Positions 41,201 to 53,642 of a DNA stretch of 64,000 nt are shown piece by piece. The notes below the pieces were generated by a model. The model saw nothing but the letters and a program-made list of their open reading frames with translations. It made no database searches and was not told where the DNA came from. Where the stretch lies: the NCBI GenBank assembly GCA_020184695.1, contig JAANOX010000242.1:200824-264823 (forward strand), written 5' to 3'. How positions within the stretch are numbered: position 1 is the stretch's first letter; the number at the start of each line of letters is the position of its first letter. The stretch is from Histomonas meleagridis 2922-C6/04-290x. Taxonomy: Eukaryota; Protista; Parabasalia. The translations under genes and the position numbers were made by a program.

Positions 41201-44200
41201 TTATTGTTTGTTTAATAAGTTACATTGTATTGTTTTTTCTTGATTAACTTTTAATTGTCCAAATTGTAAATGATCATTTCCACGCGGGAATTGGAAATCA
41301 AATGAAACATCAAAAGATTCCGCAAAAATCGGAAAACTTTTTGTAGAAAAAACTTTTGATTTTGTTATATCGAAAACTTCGAGTTGAATATTTTTTTTGA
41401 TAGTAATAGTTTTCATTGAACAATATTTAATTTCGACAATAAAACTTTCATTTGGTTCAATGATACCTTCGATTGCATTAATATTAAAATAATCGGCTAA
41501 ACTTTGAGTGTTCTTTAAATGCCAATACGCTGATAATTTTCCATTATTATATAATTCGAGTTTTAATACTCGAAATTGTTTTATTAAAAGTTTACCGAAA
41601 TCGAATTCATTTATCGAAGTTTCAATAATTGGAACACAACCTTCCGCCAAAACATTAAATATTAATGGCTCCGGATTATCTTTTATCAATATTATCATTT
41701 GATTTTTATATATTTCAGCGTTTAAAGGATTAATACCAAATATAATTTCACCTTTTTCATTTGGATTTATTGTTAATTGTGGAGTTTCGATAAGAAATGA
41801 AGTTTTAGGTATTAAAAATGTCGATGTAATATCAATTGGAAATGTCGAAACATTTGTTAAATATATTGAAGTTTTATATTGTAAATTTTTTGGTTTTTCT
41901 TTACATATTAATAATGAGCCGAAATAAAATTCATTTGTTTTAATTACATAAGTAAATTTCGATTTAGGATCAAATTTACGTATTTTATTTGGAAATATGT
42001 TTTGTATATTTCGATCTATTTCAGGATATGAACATTTAGCAAAAACATTTAATTTAAATATTTCCGATTTTGCATTAATTATCGAAAATAAAATTGTATC
42101 TTTATAACTTCCAATGTTTTGACCAAAGAATTTAATTTGTAATTGTTTCGATGAATTAGAATCAATTTTCCAACGCGGAGTTCTTCGATTTATTTCATAA
42201 TCATTAATATTTAATTCTTTAATAAGACTATTTCTTCTTGTTGACTTCGATGATCTTCTACCAACTGTATGTGAATCAGGTCTTAATGATTTATTATTTT
42301 GTTGAGGGAATTCGAAGATTTCATCACTAATAATTGTGAAATATTTTGGCATTGTAATTAATGTATTAATTTTTTTAGGTTTTTCATTAACAAATATTTT
42401 CGATGTGGAAATAAAATCATCAAATGATTTCTCTTTAATTTGTGATTGTTTTGGGATATAATTTATAATAATATTTTTGATTTGTTCTAATGTTAATGTT
42501 GATACATCAATTAAAATTGTATTTTTATTTTGTTTTATAAATTCATTTAATTCATTTTCTTCTTTTTGAGTAATAATTTCATTCGGATCAATAACTTTGA
42601 AATGTTCATTTTCTTCTTGAATTATATTTGTAATTGTTCCTAATGTATAATTAAATAATAAAATATTATTATAATATTGCGATTGATTTTTCTTTTTGTT
42701 ATTATTAGTTTTATCTAATTTCTTTTTATTATTATTAATATTTTTATTCGATTTTTGATTATGACGTTGAGTTGAACGACTCGATTTCTTGTTAATATTA
42801 TTATCATGTTCAAATGCTTGTTGAAGTAATTTATTTCGTACATTTTGTCGTTTCTCATCAACAATATTCTTTTCTTCTTCATTAAGGTTTTCATATTGTG
42901 ATTCAGTCATATTAAAAAAGATTTTCTTTTTCTTGATGTTGTTCAATTCTTTTTTGTTTTCTTATTAACGATTTTTGTTTTTCTTCACGTTCTATTAATA
43001 CATCTTCATTAATATTTAACGCGATTTGAAATATATAATGTCCATCAAGAGAATTTATTATATAATTTAAAATGATTTCTAAAGATGTTAAGTTTTGATG
43101 TTGTATTATATAAAATGGATTTTTTTGTAATTCGATTTCAATATTTTTTTGTTTTTGACAATGAGTAATAAATTGTTGTGTAGTATTTTGTTCTTGTAAT
43201 ATATTCGATAATCCATCAATTATAAAACCATTAACATCATCTTTTTGATTAATTAAATCTGAAAATATTTTTATATATTCATCTGAATTTATTTCATTTT
43301 TATCTATTAAATCTTTAAATATTTCTTTTAAGTTAATAATTGGAATATTTAAATATTCCGAAATAATTTTTGCAATTGTACTTTTACCACTTATAGGTGG
43401 ACCATTAATTATAATACAAATAGAAACATTCGAAATTAAATTATTATTTGTAATTAATTTTTCATTTTCATTTTCATTTTTGTTATTAATTAATTTTTTG
43501 GATTCAATATAATCAATTAAACGTTGCATATCATATTGTAATGCTATAACTTCAATTGGATAATTTGTTGGATTAATAATTTTGAAATTAGTTGTATATG
43601 ATTCAGAATAAGCATTTATTGGAGGAATAATAATTTCATTTGGTTCGAAAGTTATACGTAATTGTATACCTGTACCTTGTAATGTTAAATATATTGGTTG
43701 ATTATTATATTTTATATTTATAGGAAATTGCATTGAATATAATTTTTCTGTTTTTGGTGCAAAAATTATTTCAATTACTTCAGTAGAAAAATGGTAATAA
43801 TATACCTGAAGAAGGATCTTCAATAAAAAATTTGTTGTGATTTTGTTGTGTTAATATTTCGTTGTATTAAATTAGTATATTGTGCATCAGAAAATGAGAA
43901 TTCACAATTTATTGGATTTAAATTTTTGATTTGTAATGTAATTAATTTCGATTGTCCAATAATTACATTACCAAAATCGAAATGTAAATTCGAAAAATGT
44001 AAAATTGGCATTTCTAAAACGGATTTTAAGTTAATAATTGTATATAAATCATTATTAAATATAATTGGAATTTCTAATTCGACTTCACCTATAATTTCTT
44101 TCATTTTGTCCAAAAATAATTTTTCCCATATTAATTTCATATCTATTTGTTATAATATATGGTAATTCATTAATAGTTTTACCTAAAATTCGTTTTTTAA

Positions 44201-46376
44201 ATCCGAGACTTTTATCATTTATAAATTTTGTTACTAATTTATTTTCAATTGAATTTAATATTTCTTCATTAATATTATTATTATTTTCATTATTTTCATT
44301 ATATATTTTTAATAATGGATCATTTGTTGATCGTGGAAGATTAATATATAATTGTGGTATAAAACAATTTACATTAATATCTATTCGTACGTCATCATAA
44401 TGACCAATTTGTATAATGAATGAACCATTAAATTTATTAGGTAAACCACATAAAACATTTACATTTAATATAAATGTTTCTTGTATTTGTATTATACCTT
44501 CCATAGGTTCTATAGTTAATTTTTGGAATTTGTTATTTTTCGGTATTTTAATTTTAAATGAAATCGATATATCACTTAAATTTTGTATTGTAACTTTTTG
44601 GTTTAAATTATCAATGAAATTCCTTGAGCCAAATTCGATATGTAATGGATCTATTTTATATTTAATAGAAGCAGATCCTCCATTTAAATGTATAACATAT
44701 TCAGGTCCGCCTTTAACATGACATATTGCTGTAGCATTAAATTCCGCACTTTTACCATTTAAATCACTTAATGCAAAGAAACTAAAATGTATAACTTCAT
44801 TTTGATTAGGTTCTAATGTCGTTCTAATTGGATAAATATTAAATATTTTGGTTATGTCATAATTTTTATGTGATGGTAATAATTCCCAACAAAAATCGGC
44901 TTTTAATTCACTAATGTTTTTGATTTCAATGCCTTTTGTTTGTTCTGTGTTGATTAACATATTACCAAAGTTTATATCACCTGAAGGATTAAATAATAAA
45001 TTCGGAAATATTATAATTCCTTTTAAATTGAGAAAATATTTTTGACTATGATTCGGAAATGAAATTAATAATTTTTGATTTATTGTTTCTGAGATAAAAT
45101 CTGTTTTAAATGATGGATCAAATTTGATTGTTAAAGATTTCTTTTCATTAGATTCAAATGAAAGATTCGTTTGTGATATTATAAATGGTAAATTACGATC
45201 GATTTTAATTGACATTGAAATCGGCGTTTTATTTGTAATAGAAATTGTTTTTTCGATTTGTTTTAATAATGATTTTGTTGGAGATATTGAATTTGAAGAA
45301 TTTTCTTCTTCTAACTCAATTTTATGTAAATGTTTAAATTCTATTTGTTGCTCTGAGAATATAAAATTCGGTTTAATGATTTTACCTTTAAATAATGGTT
45401 CGAATAATGTAATTCTTTTATTATGATTTGTTGTATAACATTGAGATTTAATTGAGAAATTTGTTGGTAAATTACATTTAATGGAAAATGTAAATTCGAC
45501 TGAACTTTGTGGCATTATAACTTGTTATTCAGGGATAACATTAAATATTAAATTCGTATTAACGCCATCATCAATTTTAGGTTTGGATTGTATCCATCTT
45601 AAAATTTGTTTTTTATTTCCTTTGTTATTAAATGTGACTTTTTTGGTTACTAATGTTTCATTTAAAATATAACCAAAATCAATTTCTGTTAAATCAATCG
45701 ATGATATAATTGGTGATCCAATTCCAATTGCAATGATTGGTATCGTTATTAATCGTAAATATTGAAATTGTAATAATAAATTTCCTTTAAATTTTGATGA
45801 ATCATTTAGAAATGCTTCGATTTGAAATGTTATTGTTTCATTTTCTTTAATTGTTCCATTATTAATAGGTAATGAAAAACAATTATGTTTCGTTTGTTGG
45901 ATTTCCGCTGTAAAATTTGCTGATATTTTAGAATTATTTGTAATAGTAATTTCAATTATTTGTTTCGTTAATACTTTAACTGTTCCAAAATTAATTTCAT
46001 TTTGTGAAATTATGATTTCTGGTCCAATACAGATCCCTTTAATGAAAAATGGAAGAAATTCTTTTTCATTCCCAATGATTTTAATGTATTGCGATATCAG
46101 AAATGTTCCAAGTTTTAAATTAATAATTCGAATTTTAATGTTTGATATAGAATTTGCTTTTATAATACCATTCGGTGTTTCATTGATAATTTGACTTTGT
46201 GTTGTGATTTCATTTGGTGAAATAATTTCATATTTAGCTGGAAATTCTGTATCATTAACAAGTTGAAATGTTGTTTCATACGGATAATTTATAAAAATAT
46301 TCCCTAAATCAATAGTGGAATTTCTAATTGTAATATTCGGACAAATACAATTCGCCATAATTGGAATTTCAGTCAA
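41201..46376 (-). pseudogene. HYDIN: Fragmented, internally deleted Hydin-like gene (ASH/PapD-like Ig domains, adenylate-kinase-like insert)
   Basis: Consecutive ORFs 45525-46376, 44085-45515, 43820-44140, 42912-43823 and 41201-42946 carry repeated xDFGxxxxxxxxxxxxxxxNxG modules, INPTNYPIEV..LQYD and GPPISGKST. Far shorter than a full Hydin. Confidence 0.75.
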
Positions 46377-46428
46377 ATTTTTCCCATTTTAAAAATATCA
46401 AAACTTAACATTAAATTATATCTTTGAA

Positions 46429-47400
46429 TCATATTTGGAATAAATTCAATTGTAACAATTTGTTTGGAATATTTGTTAATAAATCCTTTACTATTGTTAA
46501 TTTTAAATTCATGACTGCTGCATATGTACCTGTGTTATCTTTTCCATTTTGCTCATCAGAACTTTTCATAGTTTCATATGAAAAATTTTTATTTTTGTCC
46601 TTAATTTTAATGATAACAATTATAAGTATCAAAATAATTATAATTATTACAACTGCAATACAAATAGATGTGATAATTGTTATATTATTTTTATTCGAAT
46701 TTGATTCTGACGAATATAAAATGGTATAAAAATTGGAATAATAACGAATGTAAATTGAATATGTAATAACTTCATAATCATAATAAATAATTAATGTTGG
46801 AATGTAAATAATATCTGTACCTTTGAATGAATATAAAAATGAATTTGTAATTGATGTAAATATTGTAACAGTTTGCGATAAGAATATAGAAAATGTTAAT
46901 GAAAATGTTTTTGTAATATTTATATGATTAAAAAATGTATTTGATTGTGAAAATGAATTTGAACAAGTAAATGTATTCGGACTAGAAAATGTATTTGATA
47001 ATGTAAATGAATTTGAATCAGTAAATGTATTTGAGAATGAATTTGATTCACTAATATTTGTTAATTTTTTATATTCACAAATAGCATATTTACCAATTGA
47101 AGTGATATCATAATCAATTCTTACATCTTGTAATGAAGAACATTGATAAAATTGTTCATCTGGAGTAGTTTCAATTCCATTTTAAATTATAACATTAATA
47201 ATTTGATTCTTAAATAGACTAATTTCTAAATCAGTTTCCCTGTTTACTGTAAGTGTAATTGTTGCAGAATCAAAAGATTGAAATATATGAATGAAAAACA
47301 TTGAAAAAACAATTAAAAATAATTCATTTTTTATATGATGTTGTGGTTGATACATATGTTTTTGGAAAATATATTGATGTTGGTTTGATTCTGATTTCAT
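46429..47400 (-). pseudogene. Mini-BspA with one in-frame TAA (47182), ~1 LRR remnant, SNTF stalk and TM anchor
   Basis: ORF 47182-47400 and ORF 46429-46632 share a frame (549 nt apart) with an open frame between them: NGIETTPDEQFYQCSSLQDV...SNSFSNTF...ITSICIAVVIIIIILILIIVII. Confidence 0.75.
46503..46877 (-). repeat. 375-bp direct repeat encoding a BspA stalk/TM/tail cassette (partner 49733-50107)
   Basis: Constant 3230-bp offset at both ends; only a few substitutions. Confidence 0.92.
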
Positions 47401-47599
47401 TTATGAAATAACACTTTTTAATGAGGTTCACAAACAAATAACAAAATAAGAAAACGAAAATTTTCATTGTATCTTTCTGATTTTAAATCAATGAAAAATG
47501 TCACAATATGTAATATAAATTAGTCATCTCAAAAATTGGCAATTCATTTTTATTCATGAATTTAGATGATTTTTTTTTCTTCAATATTCGCAATGTTCA

Positions 47600-48580
47600 T
47601 TATTGCGGGATATTGACTATTATTAACCCATTTTTTTCCTCATAACTTTTTGTTGATACTTCATCAGAATTATCTTTATTTTTAATTGTTCTAATGACAA
47701 TTATAATTATTATTATCATAATAATTATAATTATTATTATTGCAATTGCAATACAAATAGTTATTATAAGTTTTATATTACTTTTATTTGAATCAGAGAA
47801 TGAATTTGATTCACTAAATGCACTTGATTGAGTTGGCCATGGAGGACATCCTATTTCTGTTGGATCATTTAAAATACTGAAATATTCACCAAATGTATCA
47901 TCGTTATATTCATTTGTTGTGATAACATATGTAAAAGGATCAAATGATTTCGCATAAACAATAGGACTTGAATCCCCATAATAATAAACACATGAAAGAT
48001 TACAGCCATAAAATGCATAATCACCAATTTCATACACATTTCCTTTAAATAAAATAAAATGTAAATTATTGCATAGTTGAAATGCGTTTTCACCGATTGA
48101 ACAATTTAAAGTATCAATCGTTAAATAATATAATGTTTCACAAAAAGAAAAAGCAGAATTTGGAATATAGTTAACAGCACCATGAATCAAAACTGAATAT
48201 AAATCAAGAGTTTTATCAATATTGTTCATTTGTTCTTCAGAGTTTACTATAAATGTAAATGGAGGTACCATAAACTCTTGGAATGTATGAACAAAAAATA
48301 TTGCAAATATAAACAAATTGTTTTGGTTTTCTTTATAAAAAATCATCTTAATAAAAAAGATTGTTAATAAAATCATTAATATCAGGAAATTATTAAGATT
48401 AATAATATTATCTTTAATATCATTAAGAAAAGTGTAATCATATGATTTTTGAAAAACAATATTCTGTTTGATGTAAAATGTTTCATCAGAAGAGTCAATA
48501 AATGATTGTGAACATGAAGAAACAATGAAATAAGTTGAGAATAGATAAAATATAAGATGAAAATACATGAATGAAACCAA
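47600..48580 (-). CDS. Short BspA-like protein (leader, ~3 LRRs, CVYYYG cap, poly-Ile TM)
   Basis: Intact 326-aa ORF with IPNSAFSFC, IGENAFQLC and IGDYAFYGC repeats. Confidence 0.8.
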   Translation of the reverse strand: MVSFMYFHLIFYLFSTYFIVSSCSQSFIDSSDETFYIKQNIVFQKSYDYTFLNDIKDNIINLNNFLILMILLTIFFIKMIFYKENQNNLFIFAIFFVHTFQEFMVPPFTFIVNSEEQMNNIDKTLDLYSVLIHGAVNYIPNSAFSFCETLYYLTIDTLNCSIGENAFQLCNNLHFILFKGNVYEIGDYAFYGCNLSCVYYYGDSSPIVYAKSFDPFTYVITTNEYNDDTFGEYFSILNDPTEIGCPPWPTQSSAFSESNSFSDSNKSNIKLIITICIAIAIIIIIIIMIIIIIIVIRTIKNKDNSDEVSTKSYEEKNGLIIVNIPQ

Positions 48581-48599
48581 AGTGAAGTTGATTTACTTC

Positions 48600-49430
48600 A
48601 CTCGACGATAAAATTTTCAAATAAAATTATATGAATTCGAACAATCTTTCATTTGAATTTTGATGAATTATTCAGAAATGTTTCGACTGTGAAGTTGTTA
48701 CTTCCTTTGGGAAGTAAATCATTTGAATTTGTTTCGTTCAAAAATTAATTTCATGTTGGAAAATTATGATTTATGGACAATACATATCCATTTAATAAAT
48801 AATGGAAGAAATTCTTTTTCATTCCCAATGATTTTAATGTGTTGCGATATCAGAAATGTTCCAAGTTTTAAATTAATAATTCGAATTTTAATGTTTAATA
48901 TAGAATTTGCTTTTATAATACCATTCGGTGTTTCATTGATAATTTGAATTTGTGTTGTGATTTCATTTGATGAAATAATTTCATATTTAGACGGAAATTC
49001 TGTATCATTAACATGTTGATTCGAATCCTAAATTAATCCATTGTTCAATGTTCGTGTTTCAATGTTAAAGTCAACATCAATTTTCCCAACATTTTCAAGT
49101 TTAACTGTATATTCTAAAATACTATCAAGAAAAAAATGTCCAATATTAATAGATTGAAGATTAAGAATCGCTTCTGGTGGTAAACCATAACCAATTAACG
49201 GTAAAATAATCCTTCCTCCCGTTTCTTTAACATATAAATAAGAAATATCTTTATGTGGTCCTGCAATATTCGATCGAAAATTAATGGTGATTTCAAGGAT
49301 TCGTTTTGACCAAACTTCAAAATTCGTTGTTTCGAAAAAAAATATTTCTGAATTGAATAAAAGAAGATGTGAATATGAATCTCTTTGATTTGCACTTAAA
49401 ACATCTGTTTCTTCAATAATTTTATTTTCT
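48600..49430 (-). pseudogene. Second Hydin-derived fragment (N-terminal ASH-like piece fused to a duplicate of 46048-46260)
   Basis: Frame reads FRSNIAGPHKDISYLYVKETGGRIILPLIGYGLPPEAILNLQSINIGHFFLDSILEYTVKLENVGKIDVDF; 48801-49013 is near-identical to 46048-46260. Confidence 0.65.
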
Positions 49431-49670
49431 TTGTTTAGTTGTAATTTTTTACATTAATGATAATCATATTAAAATGATGATTATGATTGGATTCTATTTC
49501 ATAAAATAACGTTTTTTAAACGGGCTGCCCCAATTAAATATCAAATAGAAAAATTTTTACAAAGAACAGAAACTCAGAAATATATTTACTGTTTTTATAG
49601 TGAACATATTTCATGTCCCTCATTTTGTTAATGCATAAAAAATTCCGCTTATCAATTTTTACTAAATTAT

Positions 49671-52364
49671 TTAGAGAACCAATTTGTTATCTTCTTTAAA
49701 GTCTGTCGCAAATGGATCTTCTTCAATTTTTGTTAAATTCATGACTGCTGCATATGTACCTGTGTTATCTTTTCCATTTTGCTCATCAGAACTTTTCGTA
49801 GTTTCATATGAAAAATTTTTATTTTTGTTCTTTATTTTAATGATAACAATTATAAGTATCAAAATAATTATAATTATTACAACTGCAATACAAATAGATG
49901 TGATAATTATTATATTATTTTTATTCGAATTTGATTCTGACGAATATAAAATGGTATAAAAATTGGAATAATAACGAATGTAAATTGAATATGTAATAAC
50001 TTCATAATCATAATAAATAATTAATGTTGGAATGTAAATAATATCTGTACCTTTGAATGAATATAAAAATGAATTCGTAATTGATGAAAATATTGTAACA
50101 GTTTGCGTAAAAGTTAATGTCAATGTAATTGAAACACTTAAATTAGTTAAAAGTGTGTTAGATTTAGAGAATGTGTTTGATTGTGAATATATATTCGATT
50201 GTGAATATGTGTTTGAATGTGAGAATGTATTTGATTGCGAAAATGATTGCGTTGGCCATGGATCACATCCTTCAATTGTTGTTTCTTTATTAACATCTAA
50301 ATTTCCAAATTTAGTTTCATTATATTCATCCGATGTCATGACAATAGGATTGGAATTAAATGCATTTGATCCAACTGTAGGACTTGTTGTTCCATAATAA
50401 TAAATACAGTGAAGAATACTACATTCAGAAAATGCACATTCACAAATTTCATTTACATTTTCTTTAATATAAATCGTACTTAAGTTAATACATTGATAAA
50501 ATGCATATGAACAAATTTTTTTGTTATAGAATTTGGAATTTCAAATATTTTTATATTCTTTCCCAATAGGAAAACAAAGAATTTCCGTTTTTATTTTTTT
50601 ATTATAAAGAATTCCTTTTTCATCATTATAATAATTTATATTATACTTAGAAACGTTTATAAAGTGAAGTTTCGTACATCCTGCAAATATATTATTTTCA
50701 CTTATTATTGTAACTGATTTCGGTATCGTAATGCTTGTTAATGAATAGCATGATTGAAATGAAAAACACTTCCTATTTCCTTAACACCTTCTTCAATAAT
50801 AACTGTAGCTAAATTAGAACATTGATAAAATGCAGAAGCACCAATTGTTTCAATTGTCCCTGGAATTGTAATATATATTAATGAAGTACATTGATAAAAT
50901 GCATATTTTTCAAGTATATTTATATCTTTTGATATTGTAATTGTTTCACTTTCTTTTCCTTGTGGATAAATAATAATTTGCGTATGATTTTTATTATAAA
51001 GAATTCCATCATTTTCATAATTAGAATAATTCGTATTATTTTCTAATACTTTTATAAATTGAAGACTTGTGCATCCAGAAAATACATTTTCACCAATTAA
51101 TGTAATTGAATTCGGAATTGTAATATTTATTAATGATGTACAGCCATAAAATGCATTGGCGCCAATTTCTTTTAATACCTTCTTCAAGAGTTATATTTAT
51201 TAATGACGTACATGCACGAAATACACTTTCACCAATAGTTATATCTTAACATTTATTTATAATTTTTTTTAATGAAGAACAGTCATAAAATACATTGTTT
51301 TTAATTTCTTCAACTCCTTCTGCAATACTTACATTTATTAATGATGAACATGATCGAAATACATTTTCACTAATAGATGTAACTAATTTTGGAATTATAA
51401 TACTTATTAATGATGAACAGCCATAAAATGATGAAGATTCAATTATTGTAACTAAATCAGGAATATTAATAGTCTTTAATGAAGTACATGATCGAAATAA
51501 ATTATAACTAATCGTTGTAACTAAATTTGGGATCGTTATATATTGTAATGATTTACATGATTGAAATGCTGATGTACCAATCGATTCAACGGAATTTGGG
51601 ATCGTTATATATTGTAATGATTCACATGATTGAAATGCTGATGTACCAATCGATTTAACGGAATTTGGAACTATAATTTTCATTAATTTAGGACATTGAT
51701 TAAATGCATAATCACCAATTAATGTAATTTCTGCTTGAATTGTTACATTTTGTAATAAAGGATATGATGAAAAATGTTCATTTGGAATAGTGGTAGTTCC
51801 ACTGTAAATTATAATGTATTTTTATTTCATCTTTATATTGATCAACTTCATCCATTTCATTTTTTTACTGCTTATTGTATATGTACTTGTTCCTGAATCA
51901 AAAGTTTGAAATGCGTGTATGAAAAATATTGTAAATAAAAATAAAGTTTTTTTGTTTTTTATGTCGCTTTTTCGATAAATGTTTTCTTTATTAAAATTTT
52001 TTTTAAAAAAATATAATATTATTTTAACGCCAAAAAAAATTCTGAATAACATTAATAATTTAACATAAATTTGTCCAAAATCAAAGTTCAAATGAAGAAT
52101 CTTATTCATAAAATAAGAGTAATGTTTTAAATTTGTGAATTTAAAAAATATAAAATATGTTTTCATTATCTTATCTAAAACACAACTCAGCGGAGAGTAG
52201 GACATTGTACAATTAAATAATTTGAATTGTGCGTTTGTATAATTTTGTAAATTATAATTATGGTTGAATTTAAATGAATTATCAAAATAATCAACAAATG
52301 ATTGAGAACTTGAGGTAATGAATGAACAAGTCAGAAATATATAAAATGTCGTGAGGAAATACAT
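49671..52364 (-). pseudogene. BspA-like copy 2 (inverted), frameshifted at several homopolymer runs, with AT-rich C-terminal anchor ending EEDPFATDFKEDNKLVL
   Basis: ORFs 51822-52364, 51246-51683, 50738-51187 and 49671-50339 reproduce copy 1 in pieces. The frameshifts sit in A/T runs and may be assembly errors. Confidence 0.8.
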
Positions 52365-53642
52365 TTGGGATAATTTTGATGATTGATTTATGTGTTATGG
52401 TGATATTGATTTGTGTGCAATTTGACGACAAAAAATGACAAAAAATTTGCCATGTCAAATGGTATTCAAAATTATGTCAAATGAATCTTTGAGTAACACT
52501 TGTCAAAGCAAACCGATAGAACCTTTTAAGATGATCAATGCATTCAAAAAACTCTATCGTTTAACGGCCTGCGCGTATCAAATTCATCGACAATTAACCG
52601 TTCAAAATCACTATTTATGCAAATTCATTGTTCAATTCATTCGAGAATTCGGATATCATTTCCATTTAATACAACCACACACACACACAGCACTACTCCA
52701 TAAAATGCTACGCAATTTATTATTTTGTGCACTTACTACAATATTAATATCAAAAATCAATATTTAGAAATGTAGACTATACAAAAATGTGAAAGTCTGG
52801 GTAGCATACCCAAAATTTTTGCCACAATAAATTCTGAACAAATAAAAAATGACATTGTAAAACAAAATAATTTAAATGAATAATCAATAAATAAGAATAA
52901 TTATATACATTAAGCATTGACAAACAATGAGCTACAAAATATATTCTTTAATAAGCATTAAATTACAATAATTTATGAATAACATTATTTACAATCATTG
53001 ATAAATAATGATTTATAATGATTATCATTAATTAAACATTAATATACAATGATTTATAATCATTCATTTCATTAAACATTCATATACAATGATTTATAAT
53101 GGTTTTCTACATTGTATATTAACAAACAATAAATTTTAATTATTTAGTTCTCTAAACATTCATTTATTAAACATTTATTAATTTTGATGAATATCTTTAT
53201 ATGACATTAACAAGCATTGAATTACAATGATTTTGTTAATTATATTTTTTTTAACAATAATTTTTCCTGAATTTAATTCTAAAACATTAACTAACACATA
53301 TAATTTTTGTGATTCATAAATTATAAATTTTTTATTGAATATCAATAAACCATATGTTAAATTTCCTTATTAAACAACATTAAATTATTATTTTTATTTA
53401 ACATCAATAATATTATATATTATGATATGCTAAACTTATAAAAACAATAAAATATGATGAAACATTTTTCTTATCGTGAAATACAATAAATTTCTATAAT
53501 ATCAAACTGTAAATTTTGATAAACAATGAATTTGATATTCAAATTACAAAATATGTTGATTTCATGTTAAACATGATTGTCGATGAAATAATAAACGAAA
53601 TCAACTTTTTCAATGAATATTTGGCCATCATATTTGTAAAAA

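Noticed and set aside
47182-47184. Stop-codon reassignment (TAA/TGA read as sense) to explain in-frame stops here and in the MULE transposase
   Set aside because: Conserved housekeeping genes in the window end at TAA at the expected positions, so the standard code applies.
52674-52690. ACACACACACAG resembling a parabasalid intron 3' end
   Set aside because: Part of a short (CA)n tract with no ACTAAC, no donor and no host gene.
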